A DNA stretch of 63,185 bases, counting the filler, from Octopus bimaculoides (Eukaryota): the NCBI RefSeq assembly GCF_001194135.2. It is 4 parts of 3 records of this genome, joined end to end, with 100 filler letters (N's around TTAATTAATTAA, not from the genome) between each part and the next. Parts side by side here need not be neighbours in the genome. Positions count along the whole stretch, not along the records: positions 29,352 to 52,290 come from NC_068993.1; 3 more parts are not named here. The stretch is one strand, 5' to 3'. Positions 37,498 through 51,539 of this stretch are shown piece after piece. A program made the position numbers and the translations under genes. The notes below the pieces were generated by a model, which was not told the origin of the DNA, searched no databases, and saw only the letters and a list, made by a program, of their open reading frames with translations. Position 1 is the first letter of the stretch; each line of letters begins with the position of its first letter.

Positions 37498-37796
37498 CTC
37501 TTTACTCTCTTTCACTTGATTCTATCGGTCTCTTTTGCCGAACCGCTAAGTTACGGGGACGTAAACACACCACCATCGGTGGTCAAGCGATGGTGGGGGG
37601 ACAAGCACACATATATATACATATACACATATATACGACGGGCTTCTTTTCAGTTTCCGTCTACCAAATCCACTCACAAGGCTTTGGTCGGCCCGAGGCT
37701 ATAGTAGAAGACACTTGCCCAAGGTGCCACGCAGTGGGACTGAACCCGGAACCATGTGGTTGGTAAGCAAGCTACTTACCACACAGCCACTCCTAC
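37495..37796 (-). mobile_element. SINE family A, young near-complete copy
   Basis: CpG-intact; head gtggctgtgtggtaagtagcttgcttaccaaccacatggttccgggttcagtcccactgcgtggcaccttgggcaagtg. Confidence 0.92.
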
Positions 37797-37799
37797 ATA

Positions 37800-37848
<49 letters not shown>

Positions 37849-38596
37849 TATATACGTATATGTATACATTTACATATAAACATCTGCGCATGTCTATATT
37901 GTATTGGTTGAGTCTAAAATGTACTTGTGATAAACACACATTCCTTTCCTCTCCTTAATCTGTAATAACCGCATTAATCTCGACTCTGTGGCAGTTGTTA
38001 TTCCTGCTTCAAAATCTTGAGCTCGACCTTTGCTGACGTAAATCAGTTAACTCAGTCCTCCTCCTCCTCCTCCTCCCTCTCTCTCACTTCTCTTACCTGA
38101 GTCTTGTTTCATATCTAAGTTGTTGTTGCAACTGTTCTTTAATATGGAATCACTGAACAGTTGTCTATGTCGAGGTGTCTATGCCTCCCACCACCACCGC
38201 CACCACCACCACAACAGTACCACAACAGTACCAACAACAACAATAACCACTGCTATTCTGTCAATGGCGACATCTTTCACACCACCACCACCACCACCAG
38301 CAACAACAACAGCAGCAACAATCGACCCTGAGTTAGCAGTTTCAGTGGAAATATGGTGGAATTAATAAGAAAAGGTAGCGGGCTTTGATTTCACTGCTTC
38401 TCACTGGTTCCCGGTCCCTCAGCATGCGTGTGTGCGTTTGCCTGCGACATGCGTGTGTGTGTGTGTGTGCGTGTGTGTGTAAGTTTAGTAGTATGGATAT
38501 GTTTGTACGTGTGTGTGTGCGCTGTGCGTGTGTCTACATGTGTGCATGTGTGTGTTTAGTAGCATGGATGTGTGTGTATGTGTCTGTGTGTATATG

Positions 38597-38632
<36 letters not shown>

Positions 38633-39078
38633 ATAATCTCCCTGTTTAACCATGGTTTCGTTTGCTGTTTATTCCTGCTGCTCTGTCCCAACTCCAACCT
38701 ACGCAGTCTGGTGTGGGACACAGCCACTGCTCGTTCTTACTCTCTCTCACTCTCTCTCACTCTTTCACTCCCTTTCTCTCTCTTTCCTTCCCCCTTCCCC
38801 TTCTCCCTTTATCCATCCATCTTCCTCTCCCTACCCCTCGATTTTCTCCGCCCCTCTCTCTCTCTCGATATCTTTATCATTCTCTATTGACAGAGCTGCA
38901 TGAGATGTGGAACGTGGGATGCAAGACGTGAGTGTGAGATGTGGGAGGTGGGAGGTGTTGATTGTAACATATCTGATATGTAATATATAGGCAATGTGGG
39001 GTGGGGGGTAAGAAAGGGAGGAATGATTATGTGTGGTGGGAGAATGGAAATGTGAATCGTGAAATGCGAAACGTGGTG

Positions 39079-39190
39079 ATGTGGGTTGTGAAATGTGGGT
39101 TGTGAAATGTGGGTTGTGAAATGTGGATTGTGAAATGTGGGTTGTGAAATGTGAGTTGCGGAATGTGGGTTGTGAAATGTGGGTTATGAA
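39079..39190 (+). repeat. 14-bp minisatellite, 8 units (ATGTGGGTTGTGAA)
   Basis: Five perfect and three variant units counted directly. Confidence 0.95.
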
Positions 39191-39796
39191 ATATGAGATG
39201 TGTAGATTGGAGACTCGCATTTTGCTATTGTTGCATTGCTAGTCTAATAATATATGCCGAGCTTCTTGTCTTCCATACAATTAGTGACCTCTGACACCGC
39301 CCACCCCACTCCCACTTGAAACAGTCGTGCTAACCCTGGACTCTCGACTGGTCATTCAACATCCAGAAATAACAGCGAAATCTCCCTAAAATCACCCCCC
39401 CCCCGNNNNNNNNNNNNNNNNNNNNNNNNNNNNNNNNNNNNNNNNNNNNNNNNNNNNNNNNNNNNNNNNNNNNNNNNNNNNNNNNNNNNNNNNNNNNNNN
39501 NNNNNNNNNNNNNNNNNNNNNNNNNNNNNNNNNNNNNNNNNNNNNNNNNNNNNNNNNNNNNNNNNNNNNNNNNNNNNNNNNNNNNNNNNNNNNNNNNNNN
39601 NNNNNNNNNNNNNNNNNNNNNNNNNNNNNNNNNNNNNNNNNNNNNNNNNNNNNNNNNNNNNNNNNNNNNNNNNNNNNNNAGTGAGAACTTGAAGACGAGT
39701 TTATTAATCCATTCAAAGAATGCGATTCATTCTGTTGCAGCTGATCCGACTTCTTTGTATATGTTTGTTTAACCAACAATACGTACACACACACAC

Positions 39797-39845
<49 letters not shown>

Positions 39846-40725
39846 TGTATGGTTACTTTCAGTGATGTTTAACTTTTCGTCAGAGATCGCATTCCTAAAC
39901 AGAAAACGGCGCCTTGTGGCCGGTCATTATTCACACAAAGCTGGATAAATTTCCTTTCCTCACGTCATACAGCGAGGAAAACGTGTGGTCTAATGTCAGC
40001 ACTTAATGTCAAATCATGGTAACTTAGACATTCGATAATGAGAGATCAATAAAATAAGTACCAAACTTAAACGCATGTATAAAAGTTAATAATCAGTGAT
40101 TAGAAGTGCTGGGTGCTACATCATGGCCATAGTTCAATGAATATGATAAGTAAAAGAATTATAAGAATGAGGAATGTAGAGCAGAAACCGTTCTTCCGCC
40201 GGTTCAGTATGAATCACCGGAATGTATGTGTGATGCGATGTGAATGTTACGAGTTGAGTGTTTAACAGAATAAAACAGCAGAAGGAAGTTTGTTGTTTTG
40301 TTATTAAAGATGTGTAGGACACGGAGCAGGCTTAGCGATAATATCTCCGGGAGAGAAAATAACAGTTGAAGGTTAAGAAATGTAGCGTCATGTCCGGCTG
40401 CTTATTATTTTGCCGGAATAATAAGATTATTGGGTAAAAAAGAGAGAAAAATGAAAGGAGAAAAAAAAAGCACATCAGCGTCGGCTGTTTATTCATTATC
40501 TCGGTTCGTAATCGACATGGCGAAGATTCGGTGGTCACAAGGAATGATCAAGAGCAATGCCAGGAAATTATTAGAGCCATCTAAATTACCATTCCATTCC
40601 AACATACTAACAAAAATGTTGACATGATTTTTATGAGTAATTGCTGATTTAAAACCAATTTGACTTCCGACCACAGACACAGTCTATTACTATCATCATC
40701 ATCATCATCATTATTATTATTATTA

Positions 40726-40769
<44 letters not shown>

Positions 40770-41564
40770 GACAGTCGAATCAATACGGAATCCAGTTCTA
40801 TTGGCGTCAAACTTACTGGGTATCTCTACCCCGCATCACAGAACTTCTTAAAGAGCTTCAAGTGTTAAAAGTTGTGTTCGGAATGCGTGCAGATGTTCTT
40901 TCTTGAAAATTCGAAAGCGAAACAGCTTGTCGGGTTAACTTGTGAGATCTTCTGTGGCAGACGATAACAACAAGTTGTGATGTTATCACATCAGTCTTTT
41001 ATCAAGAATTGTGGTTCAGGGTGTAGAATAAATGAGGAAGAACGTGATAAACAGACTGAATATCTCCAACCGAGACAAGGAATATAATAAGATTTAAGAT
41101 TACCAGCTTAGAGCGAGACTAAAGCGAACATAAGTCCACCAAGCTTAGACCAAAAATAAATCCACAAATAAAAGATGAGCTAATGAACGAAACTCTATAT
41201 TTTAGCTCGACCTGTTAGAAATAGCAACCAACTTTCTTTTAAATTACACACCCCACCATTCTTGAAAAAGGAAGAAGAACAAAAAACAGAACAAAAAGAC
41301 ATTTTAGATAATGTGCCTAGAAATGACGCGATGGTCACAACAGGACTGTCTCTGATCATTGGTCTGTTCAATAATAGCATAACTGGTTAGTTCCCGCCCC
41401 ACCTTTTTTTTTTCTGGCAGATGTGAAACTATTTTGGAATCGAATGAGTCTTAGAATATTTTAGTTCGGAGTAACTGTCATAGGTCGATGACGGGGGAGG
41501 GCGAGTAGGCAGGCTCTTATACAATACTACTATTAATAATAATAATAATAATAGTCCTTTCTAC

Positions 41565-41765
41565 TATAGGCACAAGGCCTGAAATTTGGGGGAGGGGGAT
41601 AGTCAATTACATCGACGCCGGTGTATAACTGGTACTTATTTTATCGACCCCGAAGGATGAAAGGCAAAGTCGACCTCAGTGGAATTTGAACTCAGAACAT
41701 AGCGACGGGCGAAATACCGCTAAGGATTTCGCCCAGTGTGCTGACGATTCTGCCAGCTCGCCGTC
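41565..41765 (-). mobile_element. SINE family C, young
   Basis: aggatgaaaggcaaagtcgacctcagtggaatttgaactcagaac..acgattctgccagctcgcc. Confidence 0.92.
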
Positions 41766-41958
41766 TTAGAAAATTTCTTTTTTTTTTATTTATGCTTTGT
41801 TTTATTCAGCATTTTTTATTTTTTTATTTTTTATCATTATTATTCCAAAATCACAGAGAGACATTTTTCTGCATATTTTCCAGCAAGTTTATTTTCTGAT
41901 TTTGACTTAAATTAAAACGGAACAATTGCATTNNNNNNNNNNNNNNNNNNNNNNNNNN

Positions 41959-42019
<61 letters not shown>

Positions 42020-42202
42020 ACAGAGCAAGGAATGATTGTACATCTTTACAAGTCCATTGTTTCAAACATTACAAGTTTACAGACGGATAAGGGCGACAGG
42101 CACGCGTACGTTCACACACGAGCGCACGCCCCCACCCACTCAAATACGCACTCCCCTACACATATATACACAGATATACTCACATATATCCGACATATTT
42201 AA

Positions 42203-42234
<32 letters not shown>

Positions 42235-42649
42235 TATATATTGTATATTATATTATATATTGTATATTCCATATTCTATACCCCACATTAGTTCTGCAGG
42301 AATATAAATAAAACATAAAAAACAGACAGTGTTGGAACTCTTTTAAGCAAAATAATATATATATATATATATATATGCATTTATGCGTATTTACATATAT
42401 ATCTATACATATACATTCATATGCATATAAGTACGTATATATATATATATATATANNNNNNNNNNNNNNNNNNNNNNNNNNNNNNNNNNNNNNNNNNNNN
42501 NNNNNNNNNNNNNNNNNNNNNNNNNNNNNNNNNNNNNNNNNNNNNNNNNNNNNNNNNNNNNNNNNNNNNNNNNNNNNNCATCTAATATTTCTTTGTTAGT
42601 ATAAACACTCATTCCAAGTGATCTACAATATGATGACGATGGACTCTGC

Positions 42650-42681
<32 letters not shown>

Positions 42682-42971
42682 GTGTGTGCGTGTGTGGTGT
42701 GTGCGTGTGTGCGTGTGTACTGGTATAGTTATTATCGGGGGGAAGACCCTGCTGTGAACAGCAGTGAACTAATGGAAATTTTACAACTTCCGATCTTGTG
42801 TCGGTCCTTAGTAAATTGGGAACATTTTTCGGCTGCTGATGTTTCGAATATCCACCCTCAATTCTCTTCTACTTATCATCCTCATTATACATATTGGTAT
42901 GTGTGCGTGTGTACCCATACATCTACATCCTAAAATACACGCATATCTATATACATATATGTGTGCGTGTG

Positions 42972-43071
<100 letters not shown>

Positions 43072-43274
43072 TGTATGTATGTATGTATCTATGTATCTAT
43101 GTATGTATGTATGTATGTATGTATGTATGTAGCAATACTCCAAGGCGCACACAGATTGTGTACCCCGACTACTCATATTCTAGTTCAGAGACAAAATATA
43201 TGGAAACAAAGTTGATGGAGAAAATAGAATCTGTCCAAACATTACAGAAATATCAACAAGTTATGACATCAAAA

Positions 43275-43362
43275 TTGGTAAGAAGCTTCCTTCCCAACTA
43301 CATGGTTCCGGGTTCAGTCCCCCTGCGTGGCACCTTGGGCGAGTGTCTTCTACTATAACCTA
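43275..43362 (+). mobile_element. SINE family A, head only
   Basis: ggtaagaagcttccttcccaactacatggttccgggttcagtccccctgcgtggcaccttgggcgagtgtcttctactata. Confidence 0.85.
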
Positions 43363-43981
43363 TAAGCTGCTAAAGATAGCAGCTAAATTTGCTATTTGTC
43401 CTAATTTCATCGAAACATATTAAATAATGTAATTCTAAAGAAAGGAAAGAAACGGAGAGGTCGTGGCAAGAAAGTCGCTGATCAAGGCTCTACTCGGTCA
43501 GGACTGACCTGGAGAATAAACAACAACAACAACAACAATCATATAGAGTAGAGAAAAGACTGGTTCTGACCTGTACAGGTTAAATGTTAGCAGTGGTTGA
43601 TCACGTATTGAAAGAACATCGATCACAAATCGAATCTCTCATTGTTTGGACAATGAATATATTAATGTACTCTAATATGCCCAGAGTATTAAAGTACTCT
43701 GGTCAGTGCTCTGGTCATGCTAAAGTACAAAGGGTTATCTTTATGGAAGGACACAAACATATAGAACCTGGGATGTGTGGTTTGCATCCATCGGCGCGAC
43801 CGACGATCCACAGCGTTTGAGGTTAGTTTTAGGATGGGTGTGCTGTCTTAAGGCATGAACCCCACAGGGCAGTTGCTCGGGGGGATCTCAGGTTTAAGGA
43901 TCTCAATGCCAACCTAGATAAGCTGTGTTTTATACGTAGTGGTGAGGGAAATACATCGCTCTGTCTAGAGAGTGGGGGGGG

Positions 43982-44350
43982 TTAGGGTGTTAAAACGGCC
44001 CTGGTCGGGACTACACGGTAACAACAACAACAAGGCGATGACGACAAGAACAACAGCAACATTTCAAAGAACCCCAGAGTCCGTCGACGTCTCTCAAAGC
44101 ACGCCGTGCGGTTTGAAATACGGGTGAGGGTGCATTCGGGAGTAATAAAGTCTGATACATCACTCCGCCGGACGGGGTGGTCACGGTTGCAATACGTTGG
44201 ATCATGGGTCTGTCCCATCACACTTGAACTGGAGTTAAACAGTAGCAGCAGTAGTAGCAGCAGCAGCAGCAGTTGCAACAATGAACAACAACAAACCTCG
44301 GCAACAACGATGACAACAACAACAACAACTAAAAGGTGATGAAGTGACAT
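43982..44350 (-). CDS. Candidate 122-aa ORF/exon with hydrophobic N-terminus and unique Cys-containing core
   Basis: GC/CpG-rich unique core 44040-44240 flanked by trinucleotide repeats; several frames are open, so the coding frame is unresolved. Confidence 0.28.
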   Translation of the reverse strand: MSLHHLLVVVVVVIVVAEVCCCSLLQLLLLLLLLLLLFNSSSSVMGQTHDPTYCNRDHPVRRSDVSDFITPECTLTRISNRTACFERRRRTLGFFEMLLLFLSSSPCCCCYRVVPTRAVLTP

Positions 44351-45494
44351 TCATTCTCTGTTAATTTTAAAGAAACTTTCTGAATTATAACGGTTTCCGG
44401 TGTTGTTGCCAGACTTTCTGTTTTTTTTTTAATTCTTGTAATGAACTTTTTTCACTGAATTTCTTGAGAATATCTGGAATCTTGTATCAAAGTCTTTAAT
44501 ATTTTGAAGAGACAAAAGAAACGAAGGAAATGTTGGATTTCACAGCCCAAAAATTTCTAGTCTTGAAGAGGTTTTCTCTTTGCTTCTTTAGGAAGAAAGT
44601 AGAAAACGGTTCACGATGGTCACTTTTGGAAAGACGGGGAGTGAAATCTGAAAGAAAATCTCTTTAAGAATCATTGCATGGTTTGATTTCAGGAAATACC
44701 AAGAGAATGGGAAGGGAAGATGACCCAAAACTACATTGTTTGGACGATAGGACATACAATAACACAATAAGACTGAAAGACTGGTAATAACCATAAGATA
44801 TGTCACAAGGAGACATTACAACACGCACACACACACACACACACAAGCAATATAAACTTTTAAAAAAATGAATTTATGAGGATAAAAAACAAAAGTTTAA
44901 CATAAATATCTGAAAACATAGGAAGAATAAAAGAGGAATGAGGAATGAATATTTGGTAATATAAAGAAGAGAATATGGTGTTTATTTATATTCGTGTCCC
45001 GGCTGTGATCTAAAGAAGCTACAGGAATGTACCAACTGCATTTCACACTGAAGAGATGCGACCGCCTCACTACAAGATTACATGCTTGTTAAGAGATAAG
45101 AGATAGCAGATAGCGGTGTGCGAGTATTATGGTTCTTAAAGTATCTTTTAAAAATATTTCATGGAAACAAATATATATTTCAATAGAAGATTTATTATGT
45201 AATTACGAGAGAAATCTCTTTAAATAAAGAAAGCAAATGGTATTTCTAAATACTAAATTATGCATGGTCATTCATGTTGATATTAAATATGCAAGCGAGG
45301 CCTTTTATCTATGGCTTTCATTTGACTAATAAAATGATTATATAATTCATTATAGTATATTACTTACATTAATAAAACATAAATTTATAATATAAACCGA
45401 TAATATCATATGAGACGTTTGATATTAAGATATTTCCGATTACAATAGACATGAGTGTAGATGTTTCCATGTATGGATGTATTTGTATGGGAGT

Positions 45495-45531
<37 letters not shown>

Positions 45532-45757
45532 TATCTATATAAATACATATGCAGTATATACATATACAATATATACATACACACAAATGTGCAGTGATAC
45601 ACACACACACATAATATATATATACATATATATATATGCATATATATATCTACATACGCATCTTTATATATATATTTATATGAATGTACATATATATGTA
45701 TAAACATATATATATACATACATATATACATATAAATATATATATACATACACACAC

Positions 45758-45829
<72 letters not shown>

Positions 45830-46587
45830 GCATAAATACATATATATATATATGTATATATATATATACATACTTATATAAATATAGATACATATAAATA
45901 TATATACATGCATATACTAATAAATATATATATGTACATATAGATATATATGTAGACATACACATATCCCTATAAATAAATCTATATGCATATATTTAAA
46001 GGCATATATCTACTTATATATATATGTGTGTATGTATGCTCATATACACATATAATGCATGCTTGTAATTATATACATATACAAACACAATTATACACAT
46101 ATATTTAAATGTAAGTATGTATGTACGGCATCGCGAGTGGAAGCAATATTTAATGTTTTTGTAAAATATCGGAGTTGGATGGCAGAATAAAAGAAGAACT
46201 TTTTCCTCCAATAAAAATCGGTCGAATTTCTAAAACAACTTTCAAAAGAATTCCACAACATTTTATAGATTTTTCTGTATTTTGGCAATGTTTAAATCTC
46301 TGTAAATACTTCTGGTGTTGGTGGGAAGATTGGAAATAAATGGCGTGTAGAAATCACGAGTTGATGAAACCTGCGAAAAATGGAGAGAAGAAAGGTAAGT
46401 TTATCAACGGATGAAAACGCTGCCGGTGGCGGTGGTGGAGCAGTGCCGGGGCTGAGATATTGAAGCAGTCAGGGAAGTACAGTGCTTTCAGCTCAAAACT
46501 CACCATTCAACAACAACAACAACAATACAAGCAACAACAACACAAACAACAACAACACAAACAATAACGACAACAACAATAATAATG

Positions 46588-46786
46588 ATTTCAATTTTTG
46601 ACACAAGGCTAGCAACTTCGGCCGAATTACATCGACCCCAGTGCTTAACTGGTATTTATTTTATCGACCTCGAAGGGACGAAAAGCAAAGTCGACCTCAG
46701 CGGAATTTGAACTCGGAAGTAGAGTGGAAGAAATGCCGCTAAACATTTTGTCCGGCGCGATAACGATTGTACCAGCTCACCATCTT
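46588..46786 (-). mobile_element. SINE family C
   Basis: catcgaccccagtgcttaactggta..gaaaagcaaagtcgacctcagcggaatttgaactc..acgattgtaccagctcacc. Confidence 0.9.
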
Positions 46787-47014
46787 CATAATAGTTAATT
46801 GTTTAACTTCTAATTAGACGTCTTCCAGCAGTAACCAGACATAGCTTCATCAGAAGTTCATCAGTCAACGTGTCCTTCCTTTTTTTAAGATGATAAATTA
46901 TAATTTGCGAAAGGTTTGGCTGCTGTTTCTCTTCAGATCGATTCACCATCCAAAGGTTCCTCGTTGGTTCCAAAAGCCATCGGAAATTCTCTGGTGAGAT
47001 ATATATTTTATCAA

Positions 47015-47356
47015 TTACGTCTTGGCATTCTGAGTTGAAATTCCACAGAGGTCGATTTTGCGTTTCATTCTTTCTGGGCCGATGGAATTATAACCAGTTG
47101 ATTATTGGGATCGATGAAATCAGCTTATCCCCTCCCTTGAAATTGCTGGCTTTGGGCCAAAATTTGAAATCAGTTATAGTAAAGAACCAGAAATATTCTA
47201 GATTTCAATAATTTTACAGTTAAGTCGTCTCTGGTCTTCTCTCAAGGTGTTCGGTGCTGTAAAAGACGCTAACTTCTGGGTAAATCCTGTCCTAGGATTC
47301 ACAGATGGTCACCGTGATGGTCATCATGATTCTTTCACAGTGCAGTGTAACCGATT

Positions 47357-47406
<50 letters not shown>

Positions 47407-47600
47407 AAGAGAGAGCGAAAGCAGAGTCACTCTTTTCCCATCTTCCACCTACCACTGACTAGGGCTGGTGCCTTATTCAACGATCCCCAAAAGATGAAAG
47501 TCAAAGGTGAACTCGATGGAATTGGAACCCAGAATGCAAAGAAATGGGACAATTACTGAAAGCTATTTAGTCATCACTCAAATGGTTCTTCCTGCCGACA
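47015..47600. mobile_element. Two convergent family C SINEs (+ about 47015-47175, - about 47445-47600) around a (GA)n tract
   Basis: Family C motifs on opposite strands. Confidence 0.7.
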
Positions 47601-48169
47601 TCTTTAGTGATGTCGTTATACCTTACGGTATTTAGTTGCGTCTCTTGCCATTGTTCAGGTCCCGCCAAGATCAACATTATATTCCAAATATAATAAAATA
47701 TGATAGGAGAGCTTTTAAACTTTCTAATATATTCTAATTAAGGCAAGAAGCATGTCAATATTATTTCATAAAAGAGTCTGTGGCTATCTTTATAGAATTT
47801 GAAAGACGGAGCATTTGCGAAAGTCAAATGTGTGTGTGTGTGTGTGTGTGTGTAAACAAGAACAGAGATAAGTTTTACGTTCATTTAATGCCTTCTTGCA
47901 CGTGTTCGTCAATGAAAATACTTGTTAGGTGAAGTATTACACGACAATCAAATTAAAACACCAAAACTCTGAGGATTTGATGATATGAGGATATACGTTG
48001 AATAACATTTTCATTAATGAAATACGTAGACGAACGGAAGTAACGCCAAAAACAGCTTATCCCCATTCTTATTTCATATATATATATATATATAAACATA
48101 CACACAGATAAACATACTTATGCACATATATATAAGTGGAAATATATACATATATATCTATACAAATAA

Positions 48170-48171
<2 letters not shown>

Positions 48172-48229
<58 letters not shown>

Positions 48230-48362
48230 GTAGGTAGGTAGGTAGGTAGGTAGGTAGCTATACATACACATACATGCACATCATTTATCTGCATACTTTT
48301 ATATACATCCATCACAAACATGCACACACATACACATATGCATGCATATAGATATACTTGCA

Positions 48363-48406
<44 letters not shown>

Positions 48407-48469
48407 CATAAACACACATATGAATATATATATATACGCACAGATACACATATATACACACATATTGTC

Positions 48470-48563
<94 letters not shown>
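48172..48563. repeat. Microsatellite cluster (GATA)n(GGTA)n, (TA)n, (TG)n
   Basis: Direct. Confidence 0.95.
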
Positions 48564-48565
<2 letters not shown>

Positions 48566-49961
48566 CTTTACAAAATAACATTAAATTCTTTTGAAAGCTG
48601 CCTTCGAAATACGACCAATTTTTATTGAAGAAAAAAGTTACCTTTTAATGTATTATAGAATAGTCATAAAGTCGAATTCTAAAAAATAATTATGCAAATT
48701 CTCATAAACATGAATTTTATTTTTGCTAAAAATTAGATTTGTTCTGCATCTTGTGTGATATAAATATACTATTAATAGTAATCGTTATAATCTCATTGTT
48801 TAGGCAGACTATAACAGCTTCGAAATAATTCGGTTTTATAAGTCATTACTTTTTAGTTGGAAACCATATTTTGGAGAGAAACATATTCTAAAAGACGAAT
48901 TTTTTTAGAAACCTCATAGGAGTCATTGCTTGGAAGCCAGGAAGTATTTTACTGATAAATTATCAGCTCTGAAGAATTCTTTGGAAATTTGTCTTCTTCA
49001 ACCACCACTACTGGATGGATTGATATAAACTTGGAGAAGTTTTACATGGAGCCCAAAGTACAAAGATAAAGAATATAATGTGCTTATATAATGCTTATTG
49101 AAGTATTTCGTTGATCGAAACCACTCGAATATCACTCACTGAATATCTTTCGGATAAAATTGAGAAATCACAAATGAGATGCCCTGAAAAATGTTGGAGT
49201 TGCAATTAGATGTCTTTCTCCAATCAAAATTATTCAACTAATTAAAAGAGCCAATAGATTATTCCGTTGTTTTTGGTCCATTAACATAGAATTGACCTGG
49301 ATGGCGGATGGACCCGGTTCATATTTACAAAACGCTGCACAATTATTTTTCAAATAATATAGAAAAGGAACATTGCTAATGTAACAAATAAAATAAGCTG
49401 CAAAAGGTATGGCCCTGAGAAGTTGGAAACACAAAACTATTTGGACCCCAGGAGGGGTGAAACTTTGACTCCCGCTCCAGGGGACCTAAATGTAGGTCCA
49501 TCGATCTGGTATTCAACATCAGTNNNNNNNNNNNNNNNNNNNNNNNNNNNNNNNNNNNNNNNNNNNNNNNNNNNNNNNNNNNNNNNNNNNNNNNNNNNNN
49601 NNNNNNNNNNNNNNNNNNNNNNNNNNNNNNNNNNNNNNNNNNNNNNNNNNNNNNNNNNNNNNNNNNNNNNNNNNNNNNNNNNNNNNNNNNNNNNNNNNNN
49701 NNNNNNNNNNNNNNNNNNNNNNNNNNNNNNNNNNNNNNNNNNNNNNNNNNNNNNNNNNNNNNNNNNNNNNNNNNNNNNNNNNNNNNNNNNNNNNNNNNNN
49801 NNNNNNNNNNNNNNNNNNNNNNNNNNNNNNNNNNNNNNNNNNNNNNNNNNNNNNNNNNNNNNNNNNNNNNNNNNNNNNNNNNNNNNNNNNNNNNNNNNNN
49901 NNNNNNNNNNNNNNNNNNNNNNNNNNNNNNNNNNNNNNNNNNNNNNNNNNNNNNNNNNNNN

Positions 49962-50032
<71 letters not shown>

Positions 50033-51069
50033 AGGGAGAGAGAAACAGAAGGGTAGACACACAGACAAGCATAGATAAGTAGACATAGATAGAAAGATAT
50101 ATACTCAGGTAAATATGTAAGTAAGCAGATAGGAAAATGGATTGTTAAATGCGTACATACACACACATAAGCGCACACAGACACACACATACATATAAAC
50201 ACACACACACACATATATATACACATGCATACATTTATATATACATACCAGACAGACACACCAACATACACGCGTATATACATACATACATACACGCGTA
50301 TATACATACATACATACATACATACATACATACATACATACATACATACATAGACAGACAGACATAGAATGGCTGCATGAAATGGAAAATAAAATAAACA
50401 CGGACAAAAACAAATATCATTGCAGAAATTGTATATATGACGTCTATATATTCCGACGTGCTTTCACCTCCACACCTTCAACACACACATATTATATATA
50501 TATATATGTATGTACACCCATATATACGTATATTTATTGAATGCTATACTTCCAAGTATTTCGCCCTTCAACTTATTCGTCTTCACATTAAAACAAGTAC
50601 AAATTCTATGATAGTTGATAGTTGTTCGTGGATTTACTGTTGATGTTTATTTATATCTTCTAAAGCATCTGCCATTTTTTCTCTTGTATTAAGTACACGA
50701 AACCTTTGCTTCCTTTTACATTTTACCATTATTCGTGTTTTTCGCAATTTGTTATGATTTGCCATTTGTTTTCTAAGAGTTCTTTAGAATCCCACAGCTG
50801 TGCAAGTCCAGTGGAAATAAACTGAGATTTTTGTTTCTCTGGGCAAGAAAACGTATCTTGTATAATGTTTCATGTTTTCATACAGACCAAACATAAATTC
50901 ACTTTTTCCTTTCTTTTTCATCTTGTCTTTTTATTTCGTTTCATTTTATTTTATTTTATAATCTCTTGGAGAGAAAACGTTCTGAAACAGTTTCTTTATG
51001 AAATGGTAACATTGATATTCACATACAAAAATAGAGTATTACAATTTATACTTCCTTTTGTGAAGCTGG

Positions 51070-51070
<1 letters not shown>

Positions 51071-51152
<82 letters not shown>
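51071..51152. repeat. (AAT)n microsatellite
   Basis: About 27 units; source of the poly-N ORF. Confidence 0.95.
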
Positions 51153-51153
<1 letters not shown>

Positions 51154-51539
51154 TGGTGAGTAGTATAGTGCAAGGAAAAGATATAACAGAATGGCAGGGG
51201 TGGGTACATGAAGGAAGTAGAAAAGAAAATCAACAAAAACAACAAAGGGAAAAAACAGATTAAAAACAATAAAATATCATCAAGGTCTACAATAGAGAGG
51301 AACCATCTCGAACCATTCTTGATGGAGGTGAGTGGGGGCTCCACCTAAATTCACAGAATAAACTGAACCCATCAAAAACATCAAAAGCGCCCTCTACCTG
51401 TTTATTGTCACCTGTTTATATAAGGATGGCATTTTATTTGCCACAAGGACGGTACATGACAAGGAAAAATTCTAAAGATAATGGCGGTGTTATATAGAAC
51501 CGATGACTGATATAGAGACATGAAAAAACAATTAGAGGA

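Noticed and set aside
39850-39885. Minus-strand CUGACGA ... GAAAG
   Set aside because: No stem III or UH triplet and no stem I.
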